NCBI GenBank assembly: GCA_036918135.1
Contig: JBALDB010000054.1
Span: forward strand, 1 to 64,000
Source of the DNA: Nostoc sp.
Lineage (GTDB): Bacteria > Cyanobacteriota > Cyanobacteriia > Cyanobacteriales > Nostocaceae
Length of the DNA stretch: 64,000 nt
Direction: 5' to 3'
The translations under genes and the position numbers were made by a program. Of the stretch, positions 50,108-60,669 are shown piece after piece. The notes below the pieces were generated by a model. The model made no database searches. It had not been told where the DNA came from and was given only the letters and a program-made list of their open reading frames with translations. Within the stretch, counting starts at the first letter, position 1; the number at the start of each line of letters is the position of its first letter.

Positions 50108-51268
50108 CTAATCTCCATCACCTTGACGTGCTGTTCGCATGGCTTGAACAAATTGCTCAAACAAGTAATCAGCATCGTGAGGCCCGGGACTAGCTTCTGG
50201 GTGGTACTGTACGGAGAATACTGGCAGAGACTTGTGACGTACCCCGGCAACGGTGCGATCGTTTAAATTCAGGTGGCTAACTTCCACAACTGTCGCTGGT
50301 AAAGAATCTGGGTCGATCGCAAAACTATGGTTTTGACTGGTAATTTCTACCCTTTGTTGTAAACCCGCAGGCTGATTCAAACCACGGTGACCAAATTTGA
50401 GTTTATAAGTTTCTGCTCCCAAAGCATGACCTAAAATTTGATGTCCCATACAAATCCCAAAGATGGGTTTTTGACTCAGCAGCAGCGCTTTGGCAGTTGC
50501 AATTCCTTCGCTGACAGCAGCAGGATCGCCAGGCCCATTAGAAAGAAAGACACCATCAGGATTATAGTTGAGAATTTCCTCTGATGGCGTATCAGCAGGC
50601 ACAACAATGACCCGACAACCGTAACTCGTTAAGCGACGTAAAATATTGCGTTTGATGCCAAAGTCAAGCGCAACAACAGTAAAGGGTTCTTCAATATTAT
50701 TATTGGCAGTTTCTAGGTTGAATTCCCAAGCTGGAATTGTGGGATCTGACCATTGATAAGTCGTTGGTGTAGTCACTTCACTAACTAGATTTAATCCTGT
50801 CATCAAAGGAGCTGCCTGCACCTGCTCTAACAATTCCCCCTCATCCAAAATAGCTGTGGAAATGCCACCGTTGATAGCTCCGAACATGCGAATTTTGCGG
50901 GTGAGGGCGCGGGTATCAATGCCATAGATAGCTGGTATTTGATACTGTTTGAGGTAGTCAGGTAAGGATTGTGTCGATCGCCAGTTACTTGGTCGGTGAC
51001 AAATATTACGGGCGATTGCACCCCGCACTTGGGGTCGGTCTGATTCCTCATCTTCAGGATTGACGCCAGTATTTCCCAATTCTGGATAAGTAAAAATCAC
51101 AATCTGACCGCAGTAACTAGGGTCAGTTAGTACTTCTTGATAGCCAGTCATACCAGTGTTGAATACCACTTCTCCGATGGCGGTTCCCGTAGCACCGAAA
51201 GACCAACCATGATAAGTGGTTCCATCTGCTAAAACAAGTAAAGCTGGTATTGCGTCAGACAAGGACAT
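50108..51268 (-). CDS. carA: Carbamoyl-phosphate synthase small subunit
   Basis: [40 protein letters not shown]. Confidence 0.97.
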   Translation of the reverse strand: MSLSDAIPALLVLADGTTYHGWSFGATGTAIGEVVFNTGMTGYQEVLTDPSYCGQIVIFTYPELGNTGVNPEDEESDRPQVRGAIARNICHRPSNWRSTQSLPDYLKQYQIPAIYGIDTRALTRKIRMFGAINGGISTAILDEGELLEQVQAAPLMTGLNLVSEVTTPTTYQWSDPTIPAWEFNLETANNNIEEPFTVVALDFGIKRNILRRLTSYGCRVIVVPADTPSEEILNYNPDGVFLSNGPGDPAAVSEGIATAKALLLSQKPIFGICMGHQILGHALGAETYKLKFGHRGLNQPAGLQQRVEITSQNHSFAIDPDSLPATVVEVSHLNLNDRTVAGVRHKSLPVFSVQYHPEASPGPHDADYLFEQFVQAMRTARQGDGD

Positions 51269-51269
51269 A

Positions 51270-51410
51270 GATTAGAGATTGGGGATTAGGTACTGGGGAA
51301 GGTGGGGCCCCCTCTGGGGATAAGGGGTAATGGGTACTGGGGATTGGGCATTGAGAAAACTTTTCTTTAGTCCCTACTGCTTATTCCCTACTCCCTACTT
51401 CCCTATACTG
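51270..51410. repeat. STRR-type heptamer repeats
   Basis: GGGATTG/GGTACTG and CCCTACT-type heptamers in inverted arrangement; similar patch at ~50030-50085. Confidence 0.7.
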
Positions 51411-51570
51411 CGATCCTCAATTTTGCCATAAGTTAAGCAATTAGGAATTTTCAGGTTGTTAATTAAAAATTAAAATTGCTTGTTGCCTGTTGTCTGTTGC
51501 CTTTTTCTTACAATCTTTAAATAGGTAGGCGAGAGTGGATTTGCAGGAGCTTGGGCAGTTAATATTAATT

Positions 51571-52623
51571 ATGCTTCCGACTTTTTTATCTCGTGCAACC
51601 CTAATTTTTTTTGTACTTAGCGCTCTAGCGGTTTTGAGTGTTGGCTGTAGTGAAGACAAACGAAACACTACGACTGCTGGCAATGAGCAACCTGCCTCAG
51701 TTGGGGGTTTGGCATCAGTACAGCCCCCGGCTACCAAACCACCAACACCAGCAGCTACCCCAGAAGCACAGCCGCAAGAGCCGTCTGAAACTGAACCTAG
51801 TGTTTTTGAGTTGGCGTTAGATAAAGCTGTTAGCGCTTGGAGTATCAGCCAATCTGCTCAATCTCCAGATGACTGGAATTTGGTCGCCAGTCAATACCAA
51901 GATGCAATCGCTCTAATGCGAAAAGTGCGGCGGCAAACCCCAGAGTTTGCCTTCGCTCAATCGAAAATCACAGAATATCAGCGCCAAATCAAATATGCCA
52001 AACAAAAAGCTAATCCTCGCCCCATAGTAGTTAAGGAACCTCGAAAAATAGTAGTTGTAGTTCCCCAAACAGCAACTATACCAAGGTTTCGCTCACCGAT
52101 AACGATTCCTGTACAAAAAAAATTACCACCAGAACCACAGAGAGCTTCATCAGCAGTGGTAATTCCAGATCGAGCAGTGTTTACAGCGCCAATTAAAAGG
52201 CGCGCTGGTGGTACGCCAATTGTAGAAGTTACCTTCAATGGCCAGCAAAACTTTGAAATGATTGTAGATACAGGAGCCAGTGGTACTGTGATTACCCAAG
52301 AGATGGCAAATGCCTTGGGAATAGTGCCAGTAGGGAGAGCTAAGGCAAACACCGCCAGTTCCAGATCTGTAGAATTTCCTGTGGGCTATGTTGATTCAAT
52401 GGCACTTGGTGGGGTGAAGGTAAATCGAGTACCAGTAGCGATCGCAGGTGCGGAATTAGAAACAGGACTTCTAGGACATGACTTTTTCGGTAATTACGAT
52501 GTCACAATCAAGCGTGATGTGGTAGAGTTTCGCCCGCAATTGCGATCGCAAATCAATTCCTTAGAAATTGAACTAACTGCTCCAACTTCGCCCAAGCCGC
52601 GCCACTTTGTAGGATATCCTTAG
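51571..52623 (+). CDS. Lipoprotein with retropepsin-like aspartic protease domain
   Basis: Lipobox [23 protein letters not shown]. Confidence 0.88.
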   Translation: MLPTFLSRATLIFFVLSALAVLSVGCSEDKRNTTTAGNEQPASVGGLASVQPPATKPPTPAATPEAQPQEPSETEPSVFELALDKAVSAWSISQSAQSPDDWNLVASQYQDAIALMRKVRRQTPEFAFAQSKITEYQRQIKYAKQKANPRPIVVKEPRKIVVVVPQTATIPRFRSPITIPVQKKLPPEPQRASSAVVIPDRAVFTAPIKRRAGGTPIVEVTFNGQQNFEMIVDTGASGTVITQEMANALGIVPVGRAKANTASSRSVEFPVGYVDSMALGGVKVNRVPVAIAGAELETGLLGHDFFGNYDVTIKRDVVEFRPQLRSQINSLEIELTAPTSPKPRHFVGYP

Positions 52624-53620
52624 CGATTTTAATCCCTTCGGCGTGATCGAGGAAAGCGATCGTACCCGCTACTTGCAGTGCCAACGACGCATTTAAAGCA
52701 ACTGCGTCCTGTTGCGCCTGAGTTCCTTTACCTTGGAGTACCGCCTTGAGAATTACTGCATTCTCTTGGACATCTCCACCTCGAAGCATACCTATGGGAG
52801 CAGGCGTTAAATCCAAATCTAGGGGATTAATAGTAGTTAACCGCACTTCTCCATCTGATAACACCGCTAAGTCAGTTTCATCTCCCAGCCCCGCCTCATC
52901 AAGTTTTTCTCGCCCGTGCAGCACAATCGCCTTTTCCTTACCCAAATTTTGTAAAGCTTCGGCAACAGTTGCCAAAAGCTTAGGAGTAAATAAGCCCACT
53001 ACTTGCCCAGTTGGACGCAAGGGATTTACTAAGGGCCCGAGCAAATTAAACACCGTTCGCACCCTCAGAGTTCGGCGTAATGACGCAACCGCCTTGAGTG
53101 CTGGATGCCAACCAGCAGCAAACAAAAAAGTGATTCCGACTTCTTGTAGTGCAGCTTCTACTTTTTCATTAGAGGCACTTAAGTTTACACCCAAGGCTTC
53201 CAATACGTCTGCACTTCCTGTAAGACTTGAAGCTGAACGATTACCGTGTTTAGCAACTGGTATACCAGATGCAGCAGCAACAAATGCAACTGCTGTAGAA
53301 ATGTTAAAGGTTGATGACCCATCTCCACCAGTGCCACAGGTATCTATTACAGTGCTGAGTGCTGAGGGCTGAGTGCTGAGTGGCGAACATTGAGATTGTA
53401 ATACCTCAGCCATACCGGTCAACTCGTCAGCAGAAATGCCTCTAAAGTTTAGTGCTGTTAATATAGCTCCTGATAATTCTGGGGGAACCGCTTCACTGAG
53501 CCAACCTTGCATCAATTCAGCAGCTTGAGTACGCGATAAAGATTGGCCATCTATTAATTGTTGCAACAGAATATACCAGCTAACAGAGGATTCTTGAGCA
53601 GGGTTTGGAGAAGTTGCCAT
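52553..53620 (-). CDS. trpD: Anthranilate phosphoribosyltransferase
   Basis: [40 protein letters not shown]. Confidence 0.96.
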   Translation of the reverse strand: MATSPNPAQESSVSWYILLQQLIDGQSLSRTQAAELMQGWLSEAVPPELSGAILTALNFRGISADELTGMAEVLQSQCSPLSTQPSALSTVIDTCGTGGDGSSTFNISTAVAFVAAASGIPVAKHGNRSASSLTGSADVLEALGVNLSASNEKVEAALQEVGITFLFAAGWHPALKAVASLRRTLRVRTVFNLLGPLVNPLRPTGQVVGLFTPKLLATVAEALQNLGKEKAIVLHGREKLDEAGLGDETDLAVLSDGEVRLTTINPLDLDLTPAPIGMLRGGDVQENAVILKAVLQGKGTQAQQDAVALNASLALQVAGTIAFLDHAEGIKIAKDILQSGAAWAKLEQLVQFLRN

Positions 53621-53722
53621 AGCTAAGGTTTTTGTAGGTATGGGAGCCATCCTACCGAAAAACGAGAAAGTAGCAGCCAAGCTTGGGAAACTAAAAGCCT
53701 AACTTTTTGCTGTTCTTGGAAG

Positions 53723-53776
53723 TTGACATTTAAGCAATTACTTATGTATTCTATAAATAGTTAAGCATTTGCTTAA
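53723..53776 (+). promoter_or_regulatory. Promoter with two palindromic operators upstream of the ArsR gene
   Basis: TTGACA at 53723; palindromes TAAGCAATTACTTA (53731-53744) and TTAAGCATTTGCTTAA (53761-53776). Confidence 0.7.
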
Positions 53777-53793
53777 ATATATGGTTAATAGGA

Positions 53794-54114
53794 ATGAGTA
53801 GACCTGCTGCCAGTGCGGATGTTTTTGTGGCGATCGCAGATCCCACACGCAGAGCGCTACTGGATCTGTTACGTGATGGTGAGCAACCAGTCAAAGAACT
53901 AGCCCAGCCATTTGCTATGAGTTTGCCAGCGATTTCTCAGCACTTACAAATTCTTTGTGAAGCAGGCTTAGTACAAATGCGGAAAGCAGGGCGACAGCGT
54001 TTCTATCGGCTAAACCCGGAGCCATTGAAACAGATATCTGAATGGATTGCTGATTACGAGCAGTTTTGGCAAGAAAAACTCGATGCCCTTGGCAATTATT
54101 TGGAGGAAAATTGA
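53794..54114 (+). CDS. ArsR/SmtB-family regulator
   Basis: FVAIADPTRRALL, SLPAISQHLQIL, GRQRFYRL. Confidence 0.93.
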   Translation: MSRPAASADVFVAIADPTRRALLDLLRDGEQPVKELAQPFAMSLPAISQHLQILCEAGLVQMRKAGRQRFYRLNPEPLKQISEWIADYEQFWQEKLDALGNYLEEN

Positions 54115-54683
54115 TGCTCCGATTGAATATGGAAGTGTTTTATCCCTATCCTCCCCAACGAGTTTGGCAGGTACTCACCAACCGTAAGGCATTGGCAGTA
54201 TGGCTAATGGAAAACGACTTTGAGCCGCGTTTGGGACACAAATTCCGATTTGTGCATTCCACCCTGCCAGGGTTGGAGGGAGACATAGACTGTCAGGTAA
54301 TTGAACTCGATGAGCCGAGACGACTGGCATTCACTTGGCAAGACAGTATGATGTGCCAGCCTTCAGTTGTTACCTGGACAATCCAACCCGTAGTTGGGGG
54401 TACGAAACTTCTACTCGAACATAAAGGTTTGATTCAAAAAGCCATCAAACTGAATGAACCAATGGAACTTTCTCAACCGTGGCAAGGCAAATTTATGCAT
54501 GAGTTCAAGGCAGGGATACAGACAGTAATACCAAATAATCGCAGCACTGTATTTTCATCAATACCAGTTGGTAGATATGAGGCATTAGATAGTATCGTTC
54601 TTAGTTATTTTCTTAATGGTGGATGGAACTACAGTTTGCATGAAAAACTACCGCAAATCTTAGTCACACTCTGCACAAGTTAA
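54114..54683 (+). CDS. SRPBCC/AHSA1 domain protein
   Basis: PPQRVWQVLT..WLMENDFEPRLGHKFRF..EPRRLAFTW; ATG overlaps the ArsR stop. Confidence 0.85.
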   Translation: MLRLNMEVFYPYPPQRVWQVLTNRKALAVWLMENDFEPRLGHKFRFVHSTLPGLEGDIDCQVIELDEPRRLAFTWQDSMMCQPSVVTWTIQPVVGGTKLLLEHKGLIQKAIKLNEPMELSQPWQGKFMHEFKAGIQTVIPNNRSTVFSSIPVGRYEALDSIVLSYFLNGGWNYSLHEKLPQILVTLCTS

Positions 54684-54782
54684 AGTAGCAATTCACATAT
54701 TGCACGTCAATATATACATTTAAATTCAAAGCAGACGAGTAGTAGCCAAGCCAAATTAAATTGAGCTTTCGGAAAATTCAAT

Positions 54783-55121
54783 ATGAATAAGCAGACTTTT
54801 GTTGACACAGAAGCTAAAACATGGTTTGAGTTTCAGCCTATTCCAGGTACAAAATTATTGCCATTAGCTGAACCAGTACCAAAAGGTTCAATTCATAGAC
54901 TAAAAATGATTGCTGGCACAGTGATTCCAGTTCACTATCATCCTTGTGATGAATATGTTTATGTTCTGGATGGAACTATTGAAACTGCTGGACGTGAATG
55001 CAAAGCAGGAACATTTTGGTTTACACCTGCTCATACCCAGAATGGGCCTCACAAAGCAGTTACATCCGTTGAAATTATTACAATCCGTCTTGGTGAAATG
55101 GGAATATTTGAGGAGTTATAA
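54783..55121 (+). CDS. Cupin domain protein
   Basis: PVHYHPCDEYVYVLDG..GTFWFTPA..GPH. Confidence 0.85.
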   Translation: MNKQTFVDTEAKTWFEFQPIPGTKLLPLAEPVPKGSIHRLKMIAGTVIPVHYHPCDEYVYVLDGTIETAGRECKAGTFWFTPAHTQNGPHKAVTSVEIITIRLGEMGIFEEL

Positions 55122-55211
55122 AAATCGTAATTATATCAAAACATTAGCCTAACAATTTATTAAAAGTATAGTTATTTAATTAAAGTTTGCTCTTTTTTGG
55201 AGATATCAAAT

Positions 55212-55820
55212 ATGAATGAACAGACTCAAATGAGCATCCCAATGATTATTCAACAGTCGGAAAGAGGGGAGCGAGCATTAGACATTTATTCACGTTTACT
55301 TGCAGAGCGAATTATCTTTTTGCGAAATGAAGTTACAGACGAGACAGCTAACCTCATCGTTGCTCAAATGCTATTTCTTGATGCTGAAGATCCAGAGAAA
55401 GATATCACATTGTATATTAACAGTCCTGGAGGTTCGGTGACAGCAGGAATGGCTATTTACGATGCGATGAATCAAGTTCGTTCAGAAGTACGTACTGTAT
55501 GCATTGGTATTGCTGCCTCAATGGGATCATTCTTGCTTGCTGCTGGAACTAAGGGTAAAAGATATGCTCTACCAAATGCTCGAATTATGATTCATCAACC
55601 ATTAGGAGGCGCTCAGGGAAAAGCATCTGATATTGAAATTGCAGCCAAAGAAATTTTGTATTTTCGCCAATTAATTAACAAAATACTCGCTGCTAATACA
55701 GGTAAATCACCAGAAAAAATTGAGCTTGACTCTGAACGTGACTTTTTCATGAGTGCCGAAGAAGCAAAAGATTACGGTTTAATTGACAATATCATCTTGA
55801 AAACATCTGTATCTATTTAA
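55212..55820 (+). CDS. clpP: ATP-dependent Clp protease proteolytic subunit
   Basis: [38 protein letters not shown]. Confidence 0.95.
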   Translation: MNEQTQMSIPMIIQQSERGERALDIYSRLLAERIIFLRNEVTDETANLIVAQMLFLDAEDPEKDITLYINSPGGSVTAGMAIYDAMNQVRSEVRTVCIGIAASMGSFLLAAGTKGKRYALPNARIMIHQPLGGAQGKASDIEIAAKEILYFRQLINKILAANTGKSPEKIELDSERDFFMSAEEAKDYGLIDNIILKTSVSI

Positions 55821-55870
55821 TCTGCAAACAACTTTAATATGAAAAACCAGTAATAGAATAGAAACAACAA

Positions 55871-56896
55871 ATGAAAATACTCATCATTGGTGGTACAAAT
55901 TTTATTGGCCCTCCTGTAATCCATCAACTAATTGCAATGGGTCATGAAGTGAGCATATTTCATCGAGGAAAAACTACAACTAACTTACCGCCAGATGTGG
56001 ATGAAATTTTTGGCGATCGCTCCCATCTTTTGGAGATGAAAAGCAAGTTTAAGCAGCTTTCGCCTCAAGTCGTGGTAGATATGATTGCCTATAACGAACA
56101 AGATGCACTAACTCTAACGAACACATTTGAGGGTATTGCCCAACGTGTTGTTGTAATCAGTAGTATGGATGTGTATCGTGCATACGACGTGCTTTGGGGC
56201 AAGGAATCTGATGTTGTGCCTGTACCACTTACTGAAGATTCGCCCCTGCGCCAACAACTCTATCCATACCGAGAAATGCCCTCTAGACCGATCGCTGTGC
56301 CAATTGATTATGAAAAGATTCTGGTAGAGCGAGTGGTGATGGCATCCAACTTACCCACAACGATTATACGCCTGCCAATGGTATATGGTTCCAGAGATAT
56401 CCGGCATCGCCTCTATTCCTATCTTCAGCGGATGGATGATAAGCGTCCTGCGATTGTTTTAGAAGACAGTAGCGCTCAATGGCGTGGTTCTTACGGCTAT
56501 GTAGAAAATGTAGCGTATGCGATCGCACTAGCAGCAACAAACGAACGCGCAACTAATCGCATTTATCATGTCGCTGATGTAGAAGCACTTACCGAAGCTC
56601 AACGCATCACCAGAGTCGGGAAAATAGCAGGATGGCAAGGCAAAGTTGTTATCGTACCCAAAAGCCAGTTACCAGCAGAGTGTAAATTGCCTCTCAATAC
56701 AGAGCAAGATTGGTTTGTAGACTCAACTCGTATCCGTCAAGAGTTGGGATATAAGGAAATTGTGCCGTTAGATGAAGCATTGCAGCGAACCGTTGATTGG
56801 CAGCGAACTCATTCACCTCAAGAACCACAGCCGTTTGCAGTTCCGTGGTTGCTGGACTATACAATAGAAGATACGATTTTATCTAAATTCCGTTGA
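55871..56896 (+). CDS. NAD-dependent epimerase/dehydratase family protein
   Basis: IIGGTNFIG, ISSMDVY, YEKILVE, RLPMVYG. Confidence 0.88.
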   Translation: MKILIIGGTNFIGPPVIHQLIAMGHEVSIFHRGKTTTNLPPDVDEIFGDRSHLLEMKSKFKQLSPQVVVDMIAYNEQDALTLTNTFEGIAQRVVVISSMDVYRAYDVLWGKESDVVPVPLTEDSPLRQQLYPYREMPSRPIAVPIDYEKILVERVVMASNLPTTIIRLPMVYGSRDIRHRLYSYLQRMDDKRPAIVLEDSSAQWRGSYGYVENVAYAIALAATNERATNRIYHVADVEALTEAQRITRVGKIAGWQGKVVIVPKSQLPAECKLPLNTEQDWFVDSTRIRQELGYKEIVPLDEALQRTVDWQRTHSPQEPQPFAVPWLLDYTIEDTILSKFR

Positions 56897-57702
56897 ACTT
56901 CATAGTTAGTAATGAATAGCTCTTTTCCTTTAGCAGCACCACTTTGTTTGTAGTTATTCATGCCGTACTGTAATTCCCACTCTGAAATATTAGCCCATTG
57001 AAAATTTTCTATAATTGGCGTTGAGTTGTCGTAGGTAATTAGCCAGTGATGATGACATTGTTGTAAAGTTTCAGCAAATCTCTGATGTTCAAAAGAAGTG
57101 TGTAAGTGACCATCTTTACCATATAGCTTTGATTTTGTAGCACTAAAATATGGTGGATCTAAAAATAAAAATACATCCTCTCCTTCTGTTTTTAATAGGT
57201 GGCTGTAATCCAAATTAGTAATTTGCACATTTTTGTCCAAAATATACTCTAATTTTTCTAATCTTTCTATTGAAGAATCAGTAAATCTTTTATAAAAAGC
57301 TTCTTGGGAAAAACCACCTGATTCTACAGTTCCTGAGAAAGTAATTCTATTAAGTATGAAAAAGCGAACGGCTCTTTCTAAATCAGATAAATTATTAACA
57401 TCTACAGTAGTAAATTCTAAAAAGAGTAATTTACCATCTGTATATTTGACTTTAATATGTTTAATTTCTTTAACTAATTGATCTAGATCAGATTGAGCAA
57501 ACTTCCAGAATAAGAAGAGTTCACGGTTTAAATCGTTAATCCAAATCTTGATATCAGGAAACTTTTGTCTTAAATAAATAAATACAGAACCACCACCCAC
57601 AAAAGGCTCTCGAAATTCTGAAAAGCTTTCTGGTAAATATTCAACTATTTGATTTATTGCTTTTGACTTACCACCAGGATATCGTAGAGGACTTTTGAGC
57701 AT
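56857..57702 (-). CDS. Dam/D12-class N6-adenine DNA methyltransferase (orphan)
   Basis: PLRYPGGKS, EPFVGGGSV, INDLN, FLDPPY, ELFITNY; no adjacent endonuclease. Confidence 0.9.
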   Translation of the reverse strand: MLKSPLRYPGGKSKAINQIVEYLPESFSEFREPFVGGGSVFIYLRQKFPDIKIWINDLNRELFLFWKFAQSDLDQLVKEIKHIKVKYTDGKLLFLEFTTVDVNNLSDLERAVRFFILNRITFSGTVESGGFSQEAFYKRFTDSSIERLEKLEYILDKNVQITNLDYSHLLKTEGEDVFLFLDPPYFSATKSKLYGKDGHLHTSFEHQRFAETLQQCHHHWLITYDNSTPIIENFQWANISEWELQYGMNNYKQSGAAKGKELFITNYEVQRNLDKIVSSIV

Positions 57703-57714
57703 AATTAGAAATCG

Positions 57715-57979
57715 TCACACTTGGGCAAATAACAAACGTCGAAAGCCTTCCTGCTCAAAATGGCGGTCAGTAGTTAATGCTTCCAGCATGATTTCGGAAA
57801 CGTTGACGAGCTGCTTGTTTCTCTGTTTCAGCTTGCAACTTCTCACCTTTTAAAGAACCATACTGCTGTTCTATGGAAGTAGCTACCAATTCTGCAAGAG
57901 ATACGCCTGCAACCTCGGCTTGCTGTTGCAATGCTGCGTAGACTTCATCACTTAATTCCAAGCTTAAAACCCGACTCAC
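57715..57979 (-). pseudogene. Collapsed antitoxin-PIN (VapC) toxin pair
   Basis: RHH-like antitoxin MSRVLSLELSDEVYAALQQQA.. runs into an out-of-frame PIN C-terminus EALTTDRHFEQEGFRRLL*. Confidence 0.75.
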
Positions 57980-58170
57980 CGCACTACACCTCAGCTACTA
58001 TATGTAATTATGGATGTCATACTAGCTTAGTTTATTGACAACACATAACCATAACCTTTTAATCCTAACCATCGTCAGCATATTAAGGTAAAGTTACGTA
58101 CACTTAATATATGCTAGCTAACTAAATTTCATTTTTTAACTAATTAAATGTTGCATTTTCGTAAAAATCT

Positions 58171-58188
58171 GTTACATTACTTTACATA
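58171..58188 (+). promoter_or_regulatory. HLR1 (RpaB-binding) element
   Basis: GTTACATT-AC-TTTACATA matches (G/T)TTACA(T/A)(T/A)-N2-(G/T)TTACA(T/A)(T/A), upstream of an hli gene. Confidence 0.85.
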
Positions 58189-58229
58189 CAGTCATAACTG
58201 TTACAACATAAAAGCTCGGAGTATTTTTT

Positions 58230-58409
58230 ATGACAAACGTTAAGAAGACTACATCTTCGGTTTCAGAAGATCCTAATGCTTTGCGCTGGGGCTTCACTCC
58301 TCAGAGCGAAAACTGGAACGGTCGTTTTGCAATGATTGGTTTTTTATCTGCTATTCTACTTGAAGTGTTTTCTGGTCAAGGAATTTTACACTTCTGGGGC
58401 ATTCTTTAG
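58230..58409 (+). CDS. hli: High-light-inducible protein (CAB/ELIP/HLIP), 59 aa; absent from the ORF track
   Basis: [59 protein letters not shown] with the ExxNGRxAMxG motif. Confidence 0.95.
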   Translation: MTNVKKTTSSVSEDPNALRWGFTPQSENWNGRFAMIGFLSAILLEVFSGQGILHFWGIL

Positions 58410-58434
58410 ATTTAAACATTTTTACCTTCATTAG

Positions 58435-58484
58435 ATTATGAGGCAAGGCGAGGATTAGTAAAATTGTCTGCCTTGCCTCGTAAT
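58435..58484. terminator. Bidirectional terminator-like hairpin
   Basis: ATTATGAGGCAAGGC..GCCTTGCCTCGTAAT between convergent genes. Confidence 0.65.
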
Positions 58485-58511
58485 CTCAAGAATTAAAAAA
58501 CTTGCCAGCAA

Positions 58512-59621
58512 CTACTTTGATGAGCGAAATATTACACGACCTGGAGATTCTTCTTGATTAATTCGCGCATATACTCGAAGACAAGTTAAGACTTCACCAG
58601 GAATACCACCAAAATCTAGTTGTAAGTCATCTTTAGATGAAGCACAGATATCTGCATAAAGTCCGGATAATTGGCGAATTCGGACTTCACAACCTGCATT
58701 CATAGCTTGCTCGGCGACTTTCTTTAGAATACGTCGTGATTCGTGTTGCAGCTTACCCCACCAAGAATATCGTTCAGCGGGTGGTACAAATACCAAAGAG
58801 TGTATTGCTTCATCCATGTCAATCCAGGTACGCAAAATAGACAGAGGATCGGTATTTTCTTCAGCTTTTTTGATACGTTGGCAGCGATCGCTTAAAGCAT
58901 CAATATATTGATTACGCTGTTCTGGTTTGGAGTGTAAGGAAATAACATCGAAGCTAAAAACGCTCTTTAAAGCATGATGTAAATCTGGGTCGATTTCAAT
59001 AAAATTCATATATAAAAATAGGAATCCCGCTGGTAAATCGGATGCATTGCTTTGAGGAATTTGAGAATTGGAAAATGCTTGTTGATATAAGCTCAATCCC
59101 TGAGTTTGAATAGTACCACTAAGACCGGGGTAGATAATTTCGTCGCGGATAAAGGGAAGTTGATAGAGATTGGAATTATCGGCGATCGCACCAACTTCTT
59201 GAGCCATATCTAAGCTGCGCTGTCGCCAACATACAGCCAATTCTTCTGGTATCCGTAACAGCTTGCGTTGAATTTCATTCCACAAATCTGAGTCAGTTTG
59301 GCTTTTAAGTTGGGAGTTACCTAGATAATAATTAAGTTCTGAATTAGAATCAAAAGCGTCCTTCAAATGACTGAGTTTTAATTGATTTTGGGATGGTATG
59401 ATGGTATCTTGCCAACCAATATCTGGCTGTAAAAGTGTAGGTGTAGGTTGCAATAAGCTGTGAATTTCTTGCAGCACCTCATTGCATACCTCAACTCCTG
59501 GATCTAATGGAAATTCTATGCGAGCCTGATTTAAAGTAGCTTCAAGTCCGTAGAGAGTAAACCGCAATAATTGAGCTAATTGAGAGTTTTGTATTTCTAA
59601 TAATTGACGTAAATACTGCAT
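58512..59621 (-). CDS. Hypothetical protein with possible GrpE-like C-terminus
   Basis: 369-aa helical ORF; ends GEVLTCLRVYARINQEESPGRVIF. Confidence 0.75.
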   Translation of the reverse strand: MQYLRQLLEIQNSQLAQLLRFTLYGLEATLNQARIEFPLDPGVEVCNEVLQEIHSLLQPTPTLLQPDIGWQDTIIPSQNQLKLSHLKDAFDSNSELNYYLGNSQLKSQTDSDLWNEIQRKLLRIPEELAVCWRQRSLDMAQEVGAIADNSNLYQLPFIRDEIIYPGLSGTIQTQGLSLYQQAFSNSQIPQSNASDLPAGFLFLYMNFIEIDPDLHHALKSVFSFDVISLHSKPEQRNQYIDALSDRCQRIKKAEENTDPLSILRTWIDMDEAIHSLVFVPPAERYSWWGKLQHESRRILKKVAEQAMNAGCEVRIRQLSGLYADICASSKDDLQLDFGGIPGEVLTCLRVYARINQEESPGRVIFRSSK

Positions 59622-59731
59622 TAATATTACTCTCCTAGAGTAATCATTCTCAGCGTTATAGTTTTCCCCTACACCCTTACACCCCTACACAAGCTCTCTA
59701 GCAAAGGTTTCATCTTTACGAGCGTGCCATT

Positions 59732-60364
59732 CTATGTCAGTGGAAAAGTTTGGTTCCAACTGCCAGAAAACACAAATTCTTCTAAGGGCTTGCGGGTACG
59801 CAGAGCTTTCTCTCGTTGCAGCAACTTTTCAGACAGAGTTTGTGGATCTCCGATGTAACCCAAGGCGATCGCGGCGACTGGCTCATAACCTGAAGGAATA
59901 CTGTAAATCTCTTGGGCTTTGGCAACATCAAATCCAGCCATTTGGTGAATAAATAACCCTACTACGGCTGCCTGAATCGCTAAGGTGGCAGATGCTGCGC
60001 CAACATCGTGAAAAGCGTGGCGGTTTTGCTTGCCATTACGCTCAAAATGCAGTTTTGCGACTGAGAGCATCAGTATGGGAGCATTCCGCGCCCACTCTTG
60101 GTTCCCCTCTGCAAGAACACTCAGCAAACGCTCAAATTCAGTTTGATTGTCTGAAGTTGCAACAATAAAACTCCACGGTTGCTCATTGAAAGAAGAAGCT
60201 GCCCAACGTGCTGCCTCTAAGAGAGTGTGTAACTTTTCTGGTTCAACCATCCGATCTGAAAAAGCTAGAGGACTCCAGCGTTGACGCAACAAATCTTCAA
60301 TTGGATATTCAGTCTGGGCTGATTTGTCTATCATCAGATCGTTTCTCGCAGTGTTGTTACTCAT
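59732..60364 (-). CDS. Nitroreductase-family protein
   Basis: QRWSPLAF, AARWAASSFNEQPWSF, HQMAGFD, RTRKPLEEF. Confidence 0.93.
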   Translation of the reverse strand: MSNNTARNDLMIDKSAQTEYPIEDLLRQRWSPLAFSDRMVEPEKLHTLLEAARWAASSFNEQPWSFIVATSDNQTEFERLLSVLAEGNQEWARNAPILMLSVAKLHFERNGKQNRHAFHDVGAASATLAIQAAVVGLFIHQMAGFDVAKAQEIYSIPSGYEPVAAIALGYIGDPQTLSEKLLQREKALRTRKPLEEFVFSGSWNQTFPLT

Positions 60365-60383
60365 GCGTTTATGTCAATCCTAT

Positions 60384-60557
60384 TCATTTCACATATTTTG
60401 TGCTTGCAATAACTTTATCAATTTCTGCCAATTTTTGCTCAAAAAGAGAGCGCATTTGGTTAACGCTACTACTTTTTGATAGTAAATCTAATAATATTTC
60501 ATTTACTTTCTCAAGTAACCCTTTTAGTTGTTTTAGCTCTAATTTTTGTGACTTCAA
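60384..60557 (-). CDS. Possible small coiled-coil protein (57 aa, TTG start)
   Basis: MKSQKLELKQLKGLLEKVNEILLDLLSKSSSVNQMRSLFEQKLAEIDKVIASTKYVK*; co-oriented with its neighbours. Confidence 0.35.
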   Translation of the reverse strand: MKSQKLELKQLKGLLEKVNEILLDLLSKSSSVNQMRSLFEQKLAEIDKVIASTKYVK

Positions 60558-60669
60558 GTATTTAGCTTTAAATTGTTACTTTTACTGAAGTAGCAGCAAA
60601 GCGATTGCCTTTGGCACACTTAAGACGCAACAGCCGAAGAAAACTTTTGCGTCTTTATGTGAAGCAATT

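Noticed and set aside
52746..53372. 208-aa + strand ORF
   Set aside because: Antisense to trpD, with no recognisable motif.
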